NCBI GenBank assembly: GCA_963844035.1
Contig: CAWJMT010000003.1
Span: 256,001 to 320,000 of the forward strand
From: an uncultured Gemmatimonadales bacterium
Lineage (GTDB): Bacteria > Gemmatimonadota > Gemmatimonadetes > Gemmatimonadales > GWC2-71-9
Direction of reading: 5' to 3'
DNA length: 64,000 nt
The translations under genes and the position numbers were made by a program. The notes below the pieces were generated by a model. That model worked only from the letters and a program-made list of their open reading frames with translations. It had not been told where the DNA came from and made no database searches. Numbering within the stretch: the first letter of the stretch is position 1; each line of letters opens with the position of its first letter. Below, piece by piece: positions 11,334-24,187 of the stretch.

Positions 11334-11827
11334 TGGTGTGCGACAACTGTAAAGAGCGCGATGCGGTCATCAACCTGACGCAGGTGGAGCACGACTCCAA
11401 GGTCACGCTCCACCTGTGCGAGCAGTGCGCGCAGGACAAAGGGGTCGAGACCGGTGTGGCGGTCCTCAAGTCGCCGCTCGGTGGGTTCATCACGGCGATG
11501 GGAAAGGGGGCGGCGAACCTGCTGCCCACGCCCGCCGACGGTCTCCGCTGCCCGTCCTGCGGCGCTACGCTCAAGGACTTTCGAGAGACTGGACGGCTTG
11601 GCTGCGCCGAGTGCTACGAAGCCTTTGATACCCACCTGCGGGACCTGCTGCGGCGCTTGCATGGATCGAGTCAACACGTCGGGGAGCGCTACGCGCCGCC
11701 GGGCGACGAGGAGTCGGATCCTCGGCACCGCCTGCTCGATCTCAAGGATCAGCTGCGGCGCGCGGTCGAGAACGAGAATTTCGAGCTCGCCGCCGACCTG
11801 CGGGACCGGATCCGGGTGCTCGAATGA
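11330..11827 (+). CDS. mcsA: Protein arginine kinase activator McsA
   Basis: Four CxxC motifs (CDNC, CEQC, CPSC, CAEC), GRLGC, C-terminal UVR motif ENFELAADLRD. Confidence 0.93.
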   Translation: MMVCDNCKERDAVINLTQVEHDSKVTLHLCEQCAQDKGVETGVAVLKSPLGGFITAMGKGAANLLPTPADGLRCPSCGATLKDFRETGRLGCAECYEAFDTHLRDLLRRLHGSSQHVGERYAPPGDEESDPRHRLLDLKDQLRRAVENENFELAADLRDRIRVLE

Positions 11828-12897
11828 TCGATCTCTCGCTCCTCCCTGATGGCGGGATGAGCTGGCTCGACGCCTCCGGCCCCAAGGGGAGCATCGTCCT
11901 GTCCACCCGGATTCGCCTCGCCCGCAATCTCGCGGGCTACGCGTTCAGCCAGCGCGCGCGGGACGGCGACCGGACCGCGATTCTCACCCGGGTGGAAGAG
12001 GCGGTGTCCGCGAGCGACCTGCTCGGGGGCGCCAGCGGCTTCCGGCTGGACCAGTTGGAGCGGGGTGACCGCCAGCTCCTGCATGAGCGCCATTTGGTGT
12101 CCAAGGAGTTGGCGGGGTTGGACCGCGAGGCCCGTCCGCGTCCCGGCGCCGCCCTTCTCGTCCAAGGTCCCATCGGCGTGATGGTCAATGAGGAAGACCA
12201 CCTGCGCTTGAACGGGTTGCGGTCAGGGTTCGCGCTCGAGGAAGCCTATGCCCATTTGGAGGCCGCAGATGGGGAATTGGGACGGCTGCTGCCCTTCGCG
12301 TTTCACCCGGAATTTGGCTATCTTACGTCCTGCCCGACCAACGCCGGGACGGGGTTGCGGGCGAGCGTGCTTATCCACTTGCCGGGCCTAGTCTTGACGA
12401 AGGAAATCGGCAAGGTTTTGCAGGGCCTCTCCCAGGTCGGACTGACGTTTCGGGGGCTGTACGGGGAGGGGAGCGAGGTCGTCGGAAACTTCTTCCAGCT
12501 GTCGAACCAAACGACGTTGGGTAAGTCGGAAGAAGAGCTGCTCGATCACCTGGGCAAGATCGTCCGGCAGGTGATCGAGTATGAGGAGCAGGCCCGCGAG
12601 ATCCTGCTCCGCGAGGCCACGACGATCGTCGCGGACAAGGTGTGGCGGGCGTATGGCACGCTGCGCCATGCACGTACGCTCACGTTCGAAGAAACGATGA
12701 ACCTGTTGAGCGGCGTGCGGCTGGGTGCCGGGTTGAATCTGATCACCGGCTTGAGTGTATATACGTTGAACAAGTTGCTGATCTTCACCCAACCTGCACA
12801 CCTGGCGACGTTCGAGGGTCGCTCGATCGGCGACCCAGAGTTACCCACGGTGCGGGCCACGTATGTACGACGCGTCCTTGATGCCGAAGCAGGATAG
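11824..12897 (+). CDS. mcsB: Protein arginine kinase McsB
   Basis: LSTRIRLARN, NEEDH, YLTSCPTNAGTGLRAS, QLSNQTTLG. Confidence 0.95.
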   Translation: MIDLSLLPDGGMSWLDASGPKGSIVLSTRIRLARNLAGYAFSQRARDGDRTAILTRVEEAVSASDLLGGASGFRLDQLERGDRQLLHERHLVSKELAGLDREARPRPGAALLVQGPIGVMVNEEDHLRLNGLRSGFALEEAYAHLEAADGELGRLLPFAFHPEFGYLTSCPTNAGTGLRASVLIHLPGLVLTKEIGKVLQGLSQVGLTFRGLYGEGSEVVGNFFQLSNQTTLGKSEEELLDHLGKIVRQVIEYEEQAREILLREATTIVADKVWRAYGTLRHARTLTFEETMNLLSGVRLGAGLNLITGLSVYTLNKLLIFTQPAHLATFEGRSIGDPELPTVRATYVRRVLDAEAG

Positions 12898-12906
12898 GCG
12901 GGGGCA

Positions 12907-15383
<2,477 letters not shown>

Positions 15384-15387
<4 letters not shown>

Positions 15388-17783
15388 CGCGCCGGCTCCC
15401 TCTCGGCATCCTTGTAGCTGTCGTCCTGGTCGCCCCGAGCCTCAGCGAGGCTCAGGGCGATCAAACGTCACGCCCGGTTGACTCGATCGCGGTCGTAGGC
15501 ACGCGGCGCGTCGATCCCCAGCAGGTGGTGGAGGCAAGCGGGTTCGTCACCGGGCGTCCTTTCAGCTACCGGGAAGTGCAGCGCGCCGTGCGCTCGCTGT
15601 ATGCGACCGGAGAGTACTCGGACGTTCACGTGCACGAGCGCATGCTCGACGGCCGCCGCGTGGTCGTCATCACCGTGCGCGAGCGGCCGCTGCTGCTCAG
15701 CTGGACGCTGCGCGGTGCCTCGCGGGTGTCCGAGGGCAAGCTCAAGGGCAAGTCGCAGCTCGTTGATGGCCGTCCGTTCGATCCCGCCGGCTTGATTCGT
15801 TCCGTCGCCTTCATGGATTCCATCTACCGGGCGGAGGGGTACTACCTCGCCCGGGTGCGCCCGTTGCGGGTGTACGACGCCGACTCCAGCCACGTTCGGG
15901 TCACGTTCGAAATCGACGAAGGGAGCCGTGTCGCGATCTCGCGGGTGGAGATCGAAGGCAATACGCACTTCTCGATCGGCAAGCTCGTTGGAAAAATGAA
16001 AAGCCAGCCGGAGGGATTCATGTGGTACCAATCCGGCGAGTACGACGACGACAATCTTCGCGGGGACGTGGCCGAGCGATTGCCGAAATTCTACGGCGAC
16101 CATGGGTACGTCGACTTTCAGGTGCTGCACGACACGCTGCTCGTGAACGAGGCGAGCGGCAAAGCCAAGCTGTTGATGCGGGTGAGCGAAGGCGAGGTAC
16201 GGCAGGTCGGCACGTTCGAGATCGTCGGCAACCGGAAGTTCTCGACCGACGAGCTCGAGAGTTACTACCCGTTTGCCCGCGGCAACGTCGACCGCCTGCT
16301 GGGGCGCGCGCCGAAGGGGCCCGTGGTGTTCAACCAGGAGAAGTGGGAGGCGGCGACCCGGGCGGTGCAGACGTTGTATTTCAACAACGGCTACATCTAC
16401 ATGAACCTCCGCCCTGATATCATTCGTCGCACGGACGCCCAGGGGCGACCGATCGTCGACCTGCGGTGGGTGCTGACCGAGGGCCAGCCGGCGATCGTCA
16501 ACCGCATCGAGATCGTCGGCAACGAGCTGACGCGCGAGCGGGTGATCCGGGACGCGATCACGCTGCTCCCGGGCGACGTGTTCCGCCAGGACGCCATGAT
16601 CCGCTCCTATCAGAACATTTCCAACCTGGGATTCTTCGAGCAACCGCTGCCATTCCCCGAAACGCGGCCGGCCAACGACCAGGGCGACATCGACATCATT
16701 TTCAAGGTGGTGGAACGGCACACCGGCCAGATCAACTTCGGTGCGTCGCTCGGGCAGGGAACCGGAATCGGCGGGTTTATCGGGCTCGAGGAGCCCAACC
16801 TGTTCGGCCAGGGAAAGAAGGGCCGATTCCAGATCCAGCTCGGCCAGAACCTGAATCAAATCGACCTGTCGTATACCGACCCGGCGATCCGTGAGTCGCG
16901 CATTTCCGGTACCCTGGGCTTGCACGATACCCGGGTCATCTACGTGATCTCGAACCTCGGTACGCTGCGAACCCGAGGCGGTAACCTGCAGATTGGATTT
17001 CCGGTGCTGAAGGACCGCTACAGCCGGATGACGCTGTCGTATGCGCTGGACAACCAGACCTTTACCGGCACCAGCACCGACACCGCGTTTGCGTTCGTGT
17101 TCGGCTGCAACAACTGTCTCCGGTCAACCCTCGGCGCCAGCCTGTCGCGCGACACGCGTGTCGAGCTGCCGTTCCCGACCGGAGGAACATTCCATCAGGT
17201 CAGCCTGTCCCAGAGCGGCGGTCCGCTGGGCGGCACCGGTAACTTCCAGCGGGTCGAAATCCAGGGGCATTGGTACGCGACGCTCGCTCACCTGGGGGAC
17301 CAGCGTGGTGCCATGAAGGTCGCCCTGGGTTTGTCGGCGCGCTCGGGCCTCGTGTTCGGCTTCGCACCATTCTTCAATCAGCTGTTCGCCATGGGTGGTA
17401 CCCAGTTCGGGATCCCGCTGCGCGGCTACGACGAGTTTTCCATCACGCCCCGGGGGTTCGACCCCAGGGCGGCGGGCGGGATTGCGAACCCCCGGGCCTT
17501 CGGTAAGTCGTATATGGCGATGACGGCGGAGGTTGGGGTGCGCCTGTCGGGCATGCTGTACCTGAACACCTTCTACGACGCCGGCAACGTGTGGGCCCAA
17601 GCGAGCGACTTTAACCCCTCGCGCCTCTTGCGGGGCGCGGGCGTGGGCCTCAGCATGGTGTCGCCGGTGGGACCGCTCGGACTTGCCTTTGCCTACGGCT
17701 TCGATCGGACGGACCTGAACGGCAACCCGACGCCCGAGTGGAAGCTCCACTTCAGCATCGGCCAGACGTTCGTCCAGCAATGA
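15384..17783 (+). CDS. bamA: Outer membrane protein assembly factor BamA
   Basis: Signal peptide, POTRA repeats, EPNLFGQG, LRGY, SPVGPL. Confidence 0.93.
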
Positions 17784-17830
17784 TGTCCCGCGCCGGCGGC
17801 GGCGCGACACCCTGTTTCCCGGAGACGGCT

Positions 17831-18349
17831 ATGAAGCGGGCAGTGTACGTGTGGATGTGCCTCGGGCTCTTCGCTGCGACGACGGCGGCGGCGCAAGGCT
17901 TGAAAATAGGATTCATCAACTCCCGGCAGATTCTGCAGCAGACCCCGGGATACACGGTGGCGGAATCCACCTTCAATCGCGAAGTCAAAGGATTCCGCGA
18001 CGAGGTGCAGAAAATGCAGCGGCAGCTCGATTCGGCGGTCCAGGTATTCGAGCAGCAGCAGATCGCCCTGTCGCCCGCTGCCAAGGCGGCAAAGCAGAAG
18101 GACCTTCAGGCGCAGCAGCAACGGATGGAGCAGCGTTCCACCGAGCTGCAGCAGCGGGCGCAACAGCGCGAGGGGGAGCTCATGGCGCCGATCCAGGCGC
18201 GCATCAACGCCGTCATTCAGGGGCTGCGCGCCGAAGGGAACTACTCGGTGATCTTCGACGCCGACGCCCAGGGAGGCACCATCGTGGCCGCCGATCCCGC
18301 GCTGAACCTCACGGCCAAGGTGCTGCTGCGCCTGCGAACGGCCCAGTAA
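17831..18349 (+). CDS. skp: Skp/OmpH periplasmic chaperone
   Basis: KIGFINSRQIL, Gln-rich coiled coil, NYSVIFD...NLTAKVL; follows bamA. Confidence 0.88.
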   Translation: MKRAVYVWMCLGLFAATTAAAQGLKIGFINSRQILQQTPGYTVAESTFNREVKGFRDEVQKMQRQLDSAVQVFEQQQIALSPAAKAAKQKDLQAQQQRMEQRSTELQQRAQQREGELMAPIQARINAVIQGLRAEGNYSVIFDADAQGGTIVAADPALNLTAKVLLRLRTAQ

Positions 18350-18359
18350 GAGTCACGCC

Positions 18360-19417
18360 GTGACCGCCGCGGGCGGACGGCGAATCACGGCTGGGGAGCT
18401 CGCCGCACTCACCGGCGGCCGGCTCCTCGGGTCAGCGGCGGTCGGCGTCGAGGGCGTCGCCCCGCTCGATCGCGCCGGCCCGAGCGAGCTCTCGTTTCTT
18501 GTCACTCGCCGCTATCTCCCCTACTTTCAACGTTCTCAGGCCGCGGTGGTGCTCTGCACGCCGGAGTTTGCCGAAGAGCGGGACGGACCCGCGTGCCGGG
18601 TCGTCGTCGCCGACCCGCACGTCGCGCTCCTCGCCGTGTTGCCGGTGCTGTATCCGGAGCCCGCGTGGACACCGGGCATCCATCCGTCCGCGGTGATCGG
18701 TCCTCGCTGCGTGTGGGAGGAACCGGTCGCGATCGGTCCCTACGCCGTGTTGGGTGACGGGGTGCGCTTGGGCCGCAACGTCCGTGTCGGTGCGGGCTGC
18801 GTGCTGGGGGACGGAGTCGTGGTCGGGAACGCAGTGCAGCTCTACCCTCAAGTCGTGTGCTACAGCGGCACGACCCTCGGAGATCGCGTGATCGTGCACG
18901 CCGGGGCGCGGCTGGGCAGCGACGGGTTCGGATACATCCCCGGCGAGCCGGGCACGCCGCCCCGCAAGATTCCGCAGGTCGGGCGCTGCCTGGTCGGGGA
19001 TGACGTGGAGATCGGGGCGAACACGACGATCGACCGGGGCAGCATCGACGACACGATCATCGGCGCCGGAACGAAGATCGACAATCTCGTGCAGGTGGGC
19101 CACAACGTGCGCATCGGGGCGCGCTGCCTGATCGCGTCCCAGGTCGGGCATCGCCGGGAGTGCGCACCTCGAGGACGACGTGATGGTCGCCGGCCAGGCG
19201 GGGATAGGCGATCACGGCCGAGTCGGGCGTGGCGCACAGGTCACGGGAGGGGGCAGCGTGTACGGAGACATCGAGGCCGGGACGACTGTGTCGGGATATC
19301 CCGCGACGCCCGCATCGCGAGTTCTTGCGGGCCCAGGCCGCCCTGTATCGCCTGGCGCCGATCATCGACCAACTCGAGGCGCTGGCGCGCGCGGCCGATG
19401 AGTTCCCAGGGCAGTAG
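18360..19417 (+). CDS. lpxD: UDP-3-O-acylglucosamine N-acyltransferase (frame breaks near 19150 and 19310)
   Basis: GSDGFGY, KIPQVG, GANTTIDRG, TKIDNLVQVGHNV; hexapeptide repeats. Confidence 0.95.
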
Positions 19418-20692
19418 ACGGTCGGTCGAGCGCCGGACGTCGGTGCGCGGCACGGGTCTGCACACCGGTGCCGAGACCGAGGCCACGTTCGTCCCGCGCC
19501 GCGGCGGGGCAGGGGATCGTGTTTCGGCGCGTCGACCTTCCGGGCGCACCGCAGGTGCCGGCACGTCTCACCGAAGTGGATGCGGTGGAGCGGCGGACCG
19601 CGATCGGACGCGCCGAGTGCCACCATTCACACGGTCGAGCACCTCCTGGCGGCCGTCGCCGCGCATGCGATCGACGATCTCACCATCGAACTCACGGGCC
19701 CGGAGCTGCCGATCCTGGATGGGAGCGTGCGGCCCTACTTCGACGCGCTGGCGGAAGCCCATCCGGTCGAGGTGGGCGGCGTGCCCGTGATCCTCACGGT
19801 CCAGGCGCCGTTCACCGTCACAGAAGGCGATTCGTCGTACGTCGTGGCGCCCGCCAAGGACTACCGGCTGACGGTCACGATCGAGTGGCCGCATCCGCTG
19901 ATCGGCCGCGAGGCGGGGAGCTACGAGGTGACGCCGGAGGCGTTTGCGCGCGATCTGGCCGGGGCCCGCACCTTCGGGTTCACGAGCGAGATCGCCGAGC
20001 TCGAGGCGAAGGGATTGATCAAGGGCGCGTCCACGGCCAGCGCGATCGTCCTGGACGAGCGCGGCCTGGTGAATGGCGGGGCGCTCCGCTGGCCTGACGA
20101 GTTCGTACGGCACAAGGCCGCGGACGTCATCGGGGACCTGGCGCTGACGGGGGCGCGGATTCGGGCGCACGTCATCGCCACCCGGCCGAGTCACCGGGGG
20201 AACATCGCCCTGGCGTGGGCGTTGTCGCGCACCGCCAAGCTGTCTGGTCCGCCGCGGATGGACATCGGGCGCATCATGGACGTGCTGCCCCATCGCTATC
20301 CGTTCCTGCTCGTGGACCGGATCATCGAGATCGAGGGGCAGAAGCGGATCGTGGGCATCAAGAACGTCACGATCAACGAGCAGTTCTTCCAGGGTCACTT
20401 TCCCGGCCACCCCATCATGCCCGGCGTGCTGATCATCGAGGCGATGGCGCAGGTCGGGGGGATGCTCTTGATGAGCCACTTCGAGGGACAGAATACCGAC
20501 GACAAGGTCGTGTACTTCATGTCGCTCGACAACGTGAAGTTCCGCCGGCCGGTGGTGCCGGGCGACCAGATCCGCTTTGAGCTCGAGATGGTGCAGTTCC
20601 GGGGCAAGACCTGCCGCATGAAGGGCGCGGGGTACGTGGACGGGCAGGTGGTCGCGGAGGCCGACATGATGGCCATGGTCACCGACCGATGA
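19398..20692 (+). CDS. lpxC-fabZ: Bifunctional LpxC deacetylase / FabZ dehydratase (frame breaks near 19495 and 19615)
   Basis: GTGLHTG, TVEHLLAA, ARTFGF, EFVRHKAADVIGD, then in the same frame LPHRYPFLLVD and FFQGHFPGHPIMPGVL. Confidence 0.93.
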
Positions 20693-21456
20693 TCCATCGC
20701 ACCGCCCTCGTCGATCCCAAGGCCCACCTGAGCCGCGACGTGTCGATCGGGCCGTTCGCGATCATCGGTCCGCGGGTGACGGTCGGGGAGGGGTGTACGG
20801 TTGCCGCGCACGCCGTGCTGGAGCGCAACGTGAAGCTGGGAGCGGGCGTGAAGGTCGGCTACGGGGCGGTGATCGGCAACGACCCGCAGGATCTCAAGTA
20901 TCAGGGCGAAGAGACGTGGGTGGAGATCGGGGACGGCGCGGTCGTTCGCGAGTACTGCACGATCAATCGGGGCACGTCGGCTACGGGCAAGACCACCGTG
21001 GGCGAGCGCTGCTTCCTGATGTCCTACGTGCACGTGGCGCACGACTGCGCCATCGGCAACGACGTCATCATCGCGAACGCGGTCCAAATGGCCGGCCACG
21101 TGACCATCCAGGATCGCGCGATCATCAGCGGGCTCGTGCCGATCCATCAGTTCGTGCGCATCGGCACGTTCGCGTTCGTGGGTGGCGGCTCGCGGGTCAA
21201 CCAGGATGTGCCGCCGTACACCAAGGCGGTGGGGAATCCCGTGCACCTGTACGGCCTGAATTCCGTTGGCCTGCAGCGCGCCGGGTTCTCGCCCGAGGTG
21301 AAGCTGGTCCTGAAGCGCGCCTATCGCCTGCTCTTCAACTCCGATCTGACGGTCACCCAGGGAATCGCGCGGGCGCGCGCGGAGCTGCTGGTGGGACCGG
21401 AAGTCGAAACCTTCCTCCAGTTCATCGAGGGGTCCCAGCGGGGAGTCCTGGTGTGA
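20689..21456 (+). CDS. lpxA: UDP-N-acetylglucosamine acyltransferase
   Basis: PQDLKY, TINRGT, HVAHDC, PIHQF, GLNSVGLQR. Confidence 0.96.
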   Translation: MIHRTALVDPKAHLSRDVSIGPFAIIGPRVTVGEGCTVAAHAVLERNVKLGAGVKVGYGAVIGNDPQDLKYQGEETWVEIGDGAVVREYCTINRGTSATGKTTVGERCFLMSYVHVAHDCAIGNDVIIANAVQMAGHVTIQDRAIISGLVPIHQFVRIGTFAFVGGGSRVNQDVPPYTKAVGNPVHLYGLNSVGLQRAGFSPEVKLVLKRAYRLLFNSDLTVTQGIARARAELLVGPEVETFLQFIEGSQRGVLV

Positions 21457-22430
21457 CGGCGCCGCCGGTGCGCGTCGGGGTCGTCGGCACCGGAGCCCTC
21501 GGCTATCATCACGCCCGCCTGATGCGGCGCCTGACGGGCGCCGAGCTGGTCGGTATCTACGACATCAATCCGGCGCGCGCGGCCACGGTGGCCCGCGAGC
21601 TCGAAACCACCGCGTTCCCCTCCCTCGACGCTCTGCTCGAACGCACGGAAGCGGTGACCGTGGCGGTCCCGACCCCGTCCCATTTGAGCGTGGGGCTCGC
21701 CGTGTTGGACGCGGGGCGCGCCCTGCTGATGGAGAAGCCGCTCGCGGACTCGGTGGCCGGCGCAGAGGAGCTGGTACGACGGGCGGCAGCGGCGAAGGTG
21801 GTGCTGCAGGTCGGCCACGTCGAGCGGTTCAACCGCGCGGTGCGTGCGGCGGCACCGTACCTCGAGGAGCCACGCTTCCTGCAGACCGAGCGGCTGGCTC
21901 CGTTCCAGCCCCGCGGGACCGACGTCGCCGTCATTCTCGATCTCATGATCCACGACCTCGACCTGGTACTCGAGCTGGTGCGCTCGGAGGTGACCGACGT
22001 GCGGGCGATCGGGGTCGCCATCCTCACGCCGCACGTGGACATCGCCAACGCACGGGTCGAGTTCGCGAACGGTGCGGTGGCCAACGTGACCGCCAGCCGC
22101 GTCTCACGCGAGCGGACCCGGAAGCTGCGCGTGTTCCAACCCACGGGGTATTGCTCGCTCGACCTGGCGCAGGGCAGCGGGGATTTCTACCGCCTCAAGT
22201 CGGGCTGGCAGGCGCTGGGCGCAACCGAGATCGACGCCATCGTCGAGCACGTCCGCCTGGACGCGCCGGAGGCCGAGCCGCTCCGGCTCGAGCTCGAGAG
22301 CTTCGTCCGGGCCGTGCGCGGCGAGGGCGATGTGGTGGTCTCCGGCGCCGCGGGGGCCCAGGCACTGGCGCTCGCGTTCCGGGTCGCAGAAGCAATTCAG
22401 GCCTCGCCGCTCGCAGCGGCGGGGTCATGA
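21453..22430 (+). CDS. Gfo/Idh/MocA oxidoreductase, GnnA-like
   Basis: VGVVGTGALG, EKP, QVGHVERFN, DLMIHDLD, TASRVS; located between lpxA and lpxB. Confidence 0.85.
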   Translation: MTAPPVRVGVVGTGALGYHHARLMRRLTGAELVGIYDINPARAATVARELETTAFPSLDALLERTEAVTVAVPTPSHLSVGLAVLDAGRALLMEKPLADSVAGAEELVRRAAAAKVVLQVGHVERFNRAVRAAAPYLEEPRFLQTERLAPFQPRGTDVAVILDLMIHDLDLVLELVRSEVTDVRAIGVAILTPHVDIANARVEFANGAVANVTASRVSRERTRKLRVFQPTGYCSLDLAQGSGDFYRLKSGWQALGATEIDAIVEHVRLDAPEAEPLRLELESFVRAVRGEGDVVVSGAAGAQALALAFRVAEAIQASPLAAAGS

Positions 22431-23536
22431 ACCGACCACCCCGCATCTACATCTCGGCCGGGGAGCCCTCCGGGGACGCGCACGGGGCCGCGGTTGCCAG
22501 TGCCCTGCGCCGGCGCATCGACGTGGAGATCGAAGCGTTGGGGGGCCCGGAGCTCGAAGCGGCGGGCGCGACAGTGCTCGACCGCATGGATCAGTACTCG
22601 GTCGTGGGGTTCGTCGAGGCGCTCTGGAAGGTTCCGGCGCACGTGCGTCTGTTGGGCCGGGTGAGCGCCGCATTCCGCACCGGCCGCTACGATCTCGCGA
22701 TCCTCGTGGACTACCCCGGCTATCACCTGCGCGCCGCCGCCGCGATCGCGAAGGCGGGGGTGCCGGTTCTCTACTACATCGCCCCGCAGATGTGGGCCTG
22801 GGCGCCGTGGCGCGTGCGCCGCCTGGCCCCGGTACGCCGCCTGGCGGTGATCCTGCCGTTCGAAGAAGCCTTCTTCCGAGAGCACAACGTATCCGCCACG
22901 TTCGTCGGCCATCCCTTGTCCGACCGGGCGCCGCTGCCGAGCCGGCTGGAAGCACGGGGCATCCTCGGGCTCGATCCCGCCCGGCCGGTGCTTGGCCTGT
23001 TTCCCGGCAGCCGGTCGCAGGAGGTGAAACGCCTCTGGCCGGTGTTCCGGGACGCCGCCGCTGCAGTCGTCGCCGCGCGGCCCGATGTGCAGGTGGTGGT
23101 CGCCGGGATGCCGCGTGGGACCTACCCCGCCGCGGGAGCCATGCGGGTGTGCGAAGGGAACCCGCTGGCGGTGTTCGCGGCCGCAGATGCCGGGCTATGC
23201 AAGTCCGGGACGACGACGCTCGAGGCGGCATTCGCCGACGTGCCCATGGTGATCGCCTATCGCTCGCACCCGGTGTCGTTCGCGATTGGAAGGCGCATCG
23301 TGCGGGTCCCCCACGTTGGCCTGGTGAACCTGATCGCGGAGCGGGAGGTTGCCCCCGAGTTTCTTCAGGATGCCGCTACGGCGCCGGCGCTGGCGGCGGC
23401 CGTCCTGCCGCTGCTCGATCCGGCGGGCGAGGGAGCGCGGCGCCAGCGCGCCGGATTTGCCGAAGTGCGCGAGCGTCTCGGACCCCCCGGGGCGGCGGAT
23501 CGGGTGGCGAACATCGCACTGGAGCTGTTGGGGTGA
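22427..23536 (+). CDS. lpxB: Lipid-A-disaccharide synthase
   Basis: AGEPSGD, PQMWAW, ILPFE, FVGHP, PGSR, KSGTTTLE. Confidence 0.96.
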   Translation: MNRPPRIYISAGEPSGDAHGAAVASALRRRIDVEIEALGGPELEAAGATVLDRMDQYSVVGFVEALWKVPAHVRLLGRVSAAFRTGRYDLAILVDYPGYHLRAAAAIAKAGVPVLYYIAPQMWAWAPWRVRRLAPVRRLAVILPFEEAFFREHNVSATFVGHPLSDRAPLPSRLEARGILGLDPARPVLGLFPGSRSQEVKRLWPVFRDAAAAVVAARPDVQVVVAGMPRGTYPAAGAMRVCEGNPLAVFAAADAGLCKSGTTTLEAAFADVPMVIAYRSHPVSFAIGRRIVRVPHVGLVNLIAEREVAPEFLQDAATAPALAAAVLPLLDPAGEGARRQRAGFAEVRERLGPPGAADRVANIALELLG

Positions 23537-24187
23537 GGCTGCGGTTGCGCGGAGCCGCTGGTGACGGGGTTGGGAGTGTGGCTGGTCCAGCTGCTCGCGG
23601 CCACGTGGCGATACCGCGTGCGGGGCTGGGAGCATGTAGAGGAGACCCGCCGCGCCGGCCAGCCGATCGTCTACGTGCTGTGGCACAGTCGCCTGTTACC
23701 GCTGATTCATCATCGGCGTGGCGAGCGCGTCGCCCTGCTGATCAGCCGCAACCGGGACGGTGGTTATCTCGCGGATCTGTGCGAGCGATGGGGCTACACC
23801 ATCGTCCGGGGATCGAGCCACCGGGGTGGGGCGGTGGGGCTTCGCGGTCTCATCCGGTATCTCGAAGAGGGTCACGAGGTCGGGACCACGCCCGACGGCC
23901 CGCGGGGACCGGCCGAGCAGGTCAAGCCGGGCGCGATTGCCGCCGCGCAGCATGCCAATGCCCTCGTGATTCCGATGGGTGCCCGGACGTCCTCGGCGTG
24001 GTGGCTGCGATCCTGGGACCGCTTTTGCCTCCCGTATCCCTTCGCCGCGATCGAGGTTGTGTACGGCGCTCCGATCGCAGTGGCGGAAGGCAAGGACGGG
24101 TTGCGGCGCGGCATTGAGGAAACGGAGCGCGCGTTGAACGAAGTGACGTACGGCGGGGACGGGGGAAGGGGGACGGGGGACGGGTGA
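23533..24187 (+). CDS. DUF374 family acyltransferase (LpxJ-like); start uncertain
   Basis: LWHSRL, LISRNRDG, VRGSS, TPDGPRGP, SWDRFCLPYPF. Confidence 0.85.
24155..24184 (+). repeat. G-rich heptamer tandem repeat (GGGGGAM), G-quadruplex-like
   Basis: GGGG AC GGGGG AA GGGGG AC GGGGG AC GGG. Confidence 0.85.

Noticed and set aside
18360..19790. LpxD-LpxC fusion ORF
   Set aside because: LpxD motifs move to other frames after about 19150 and end at 19417.
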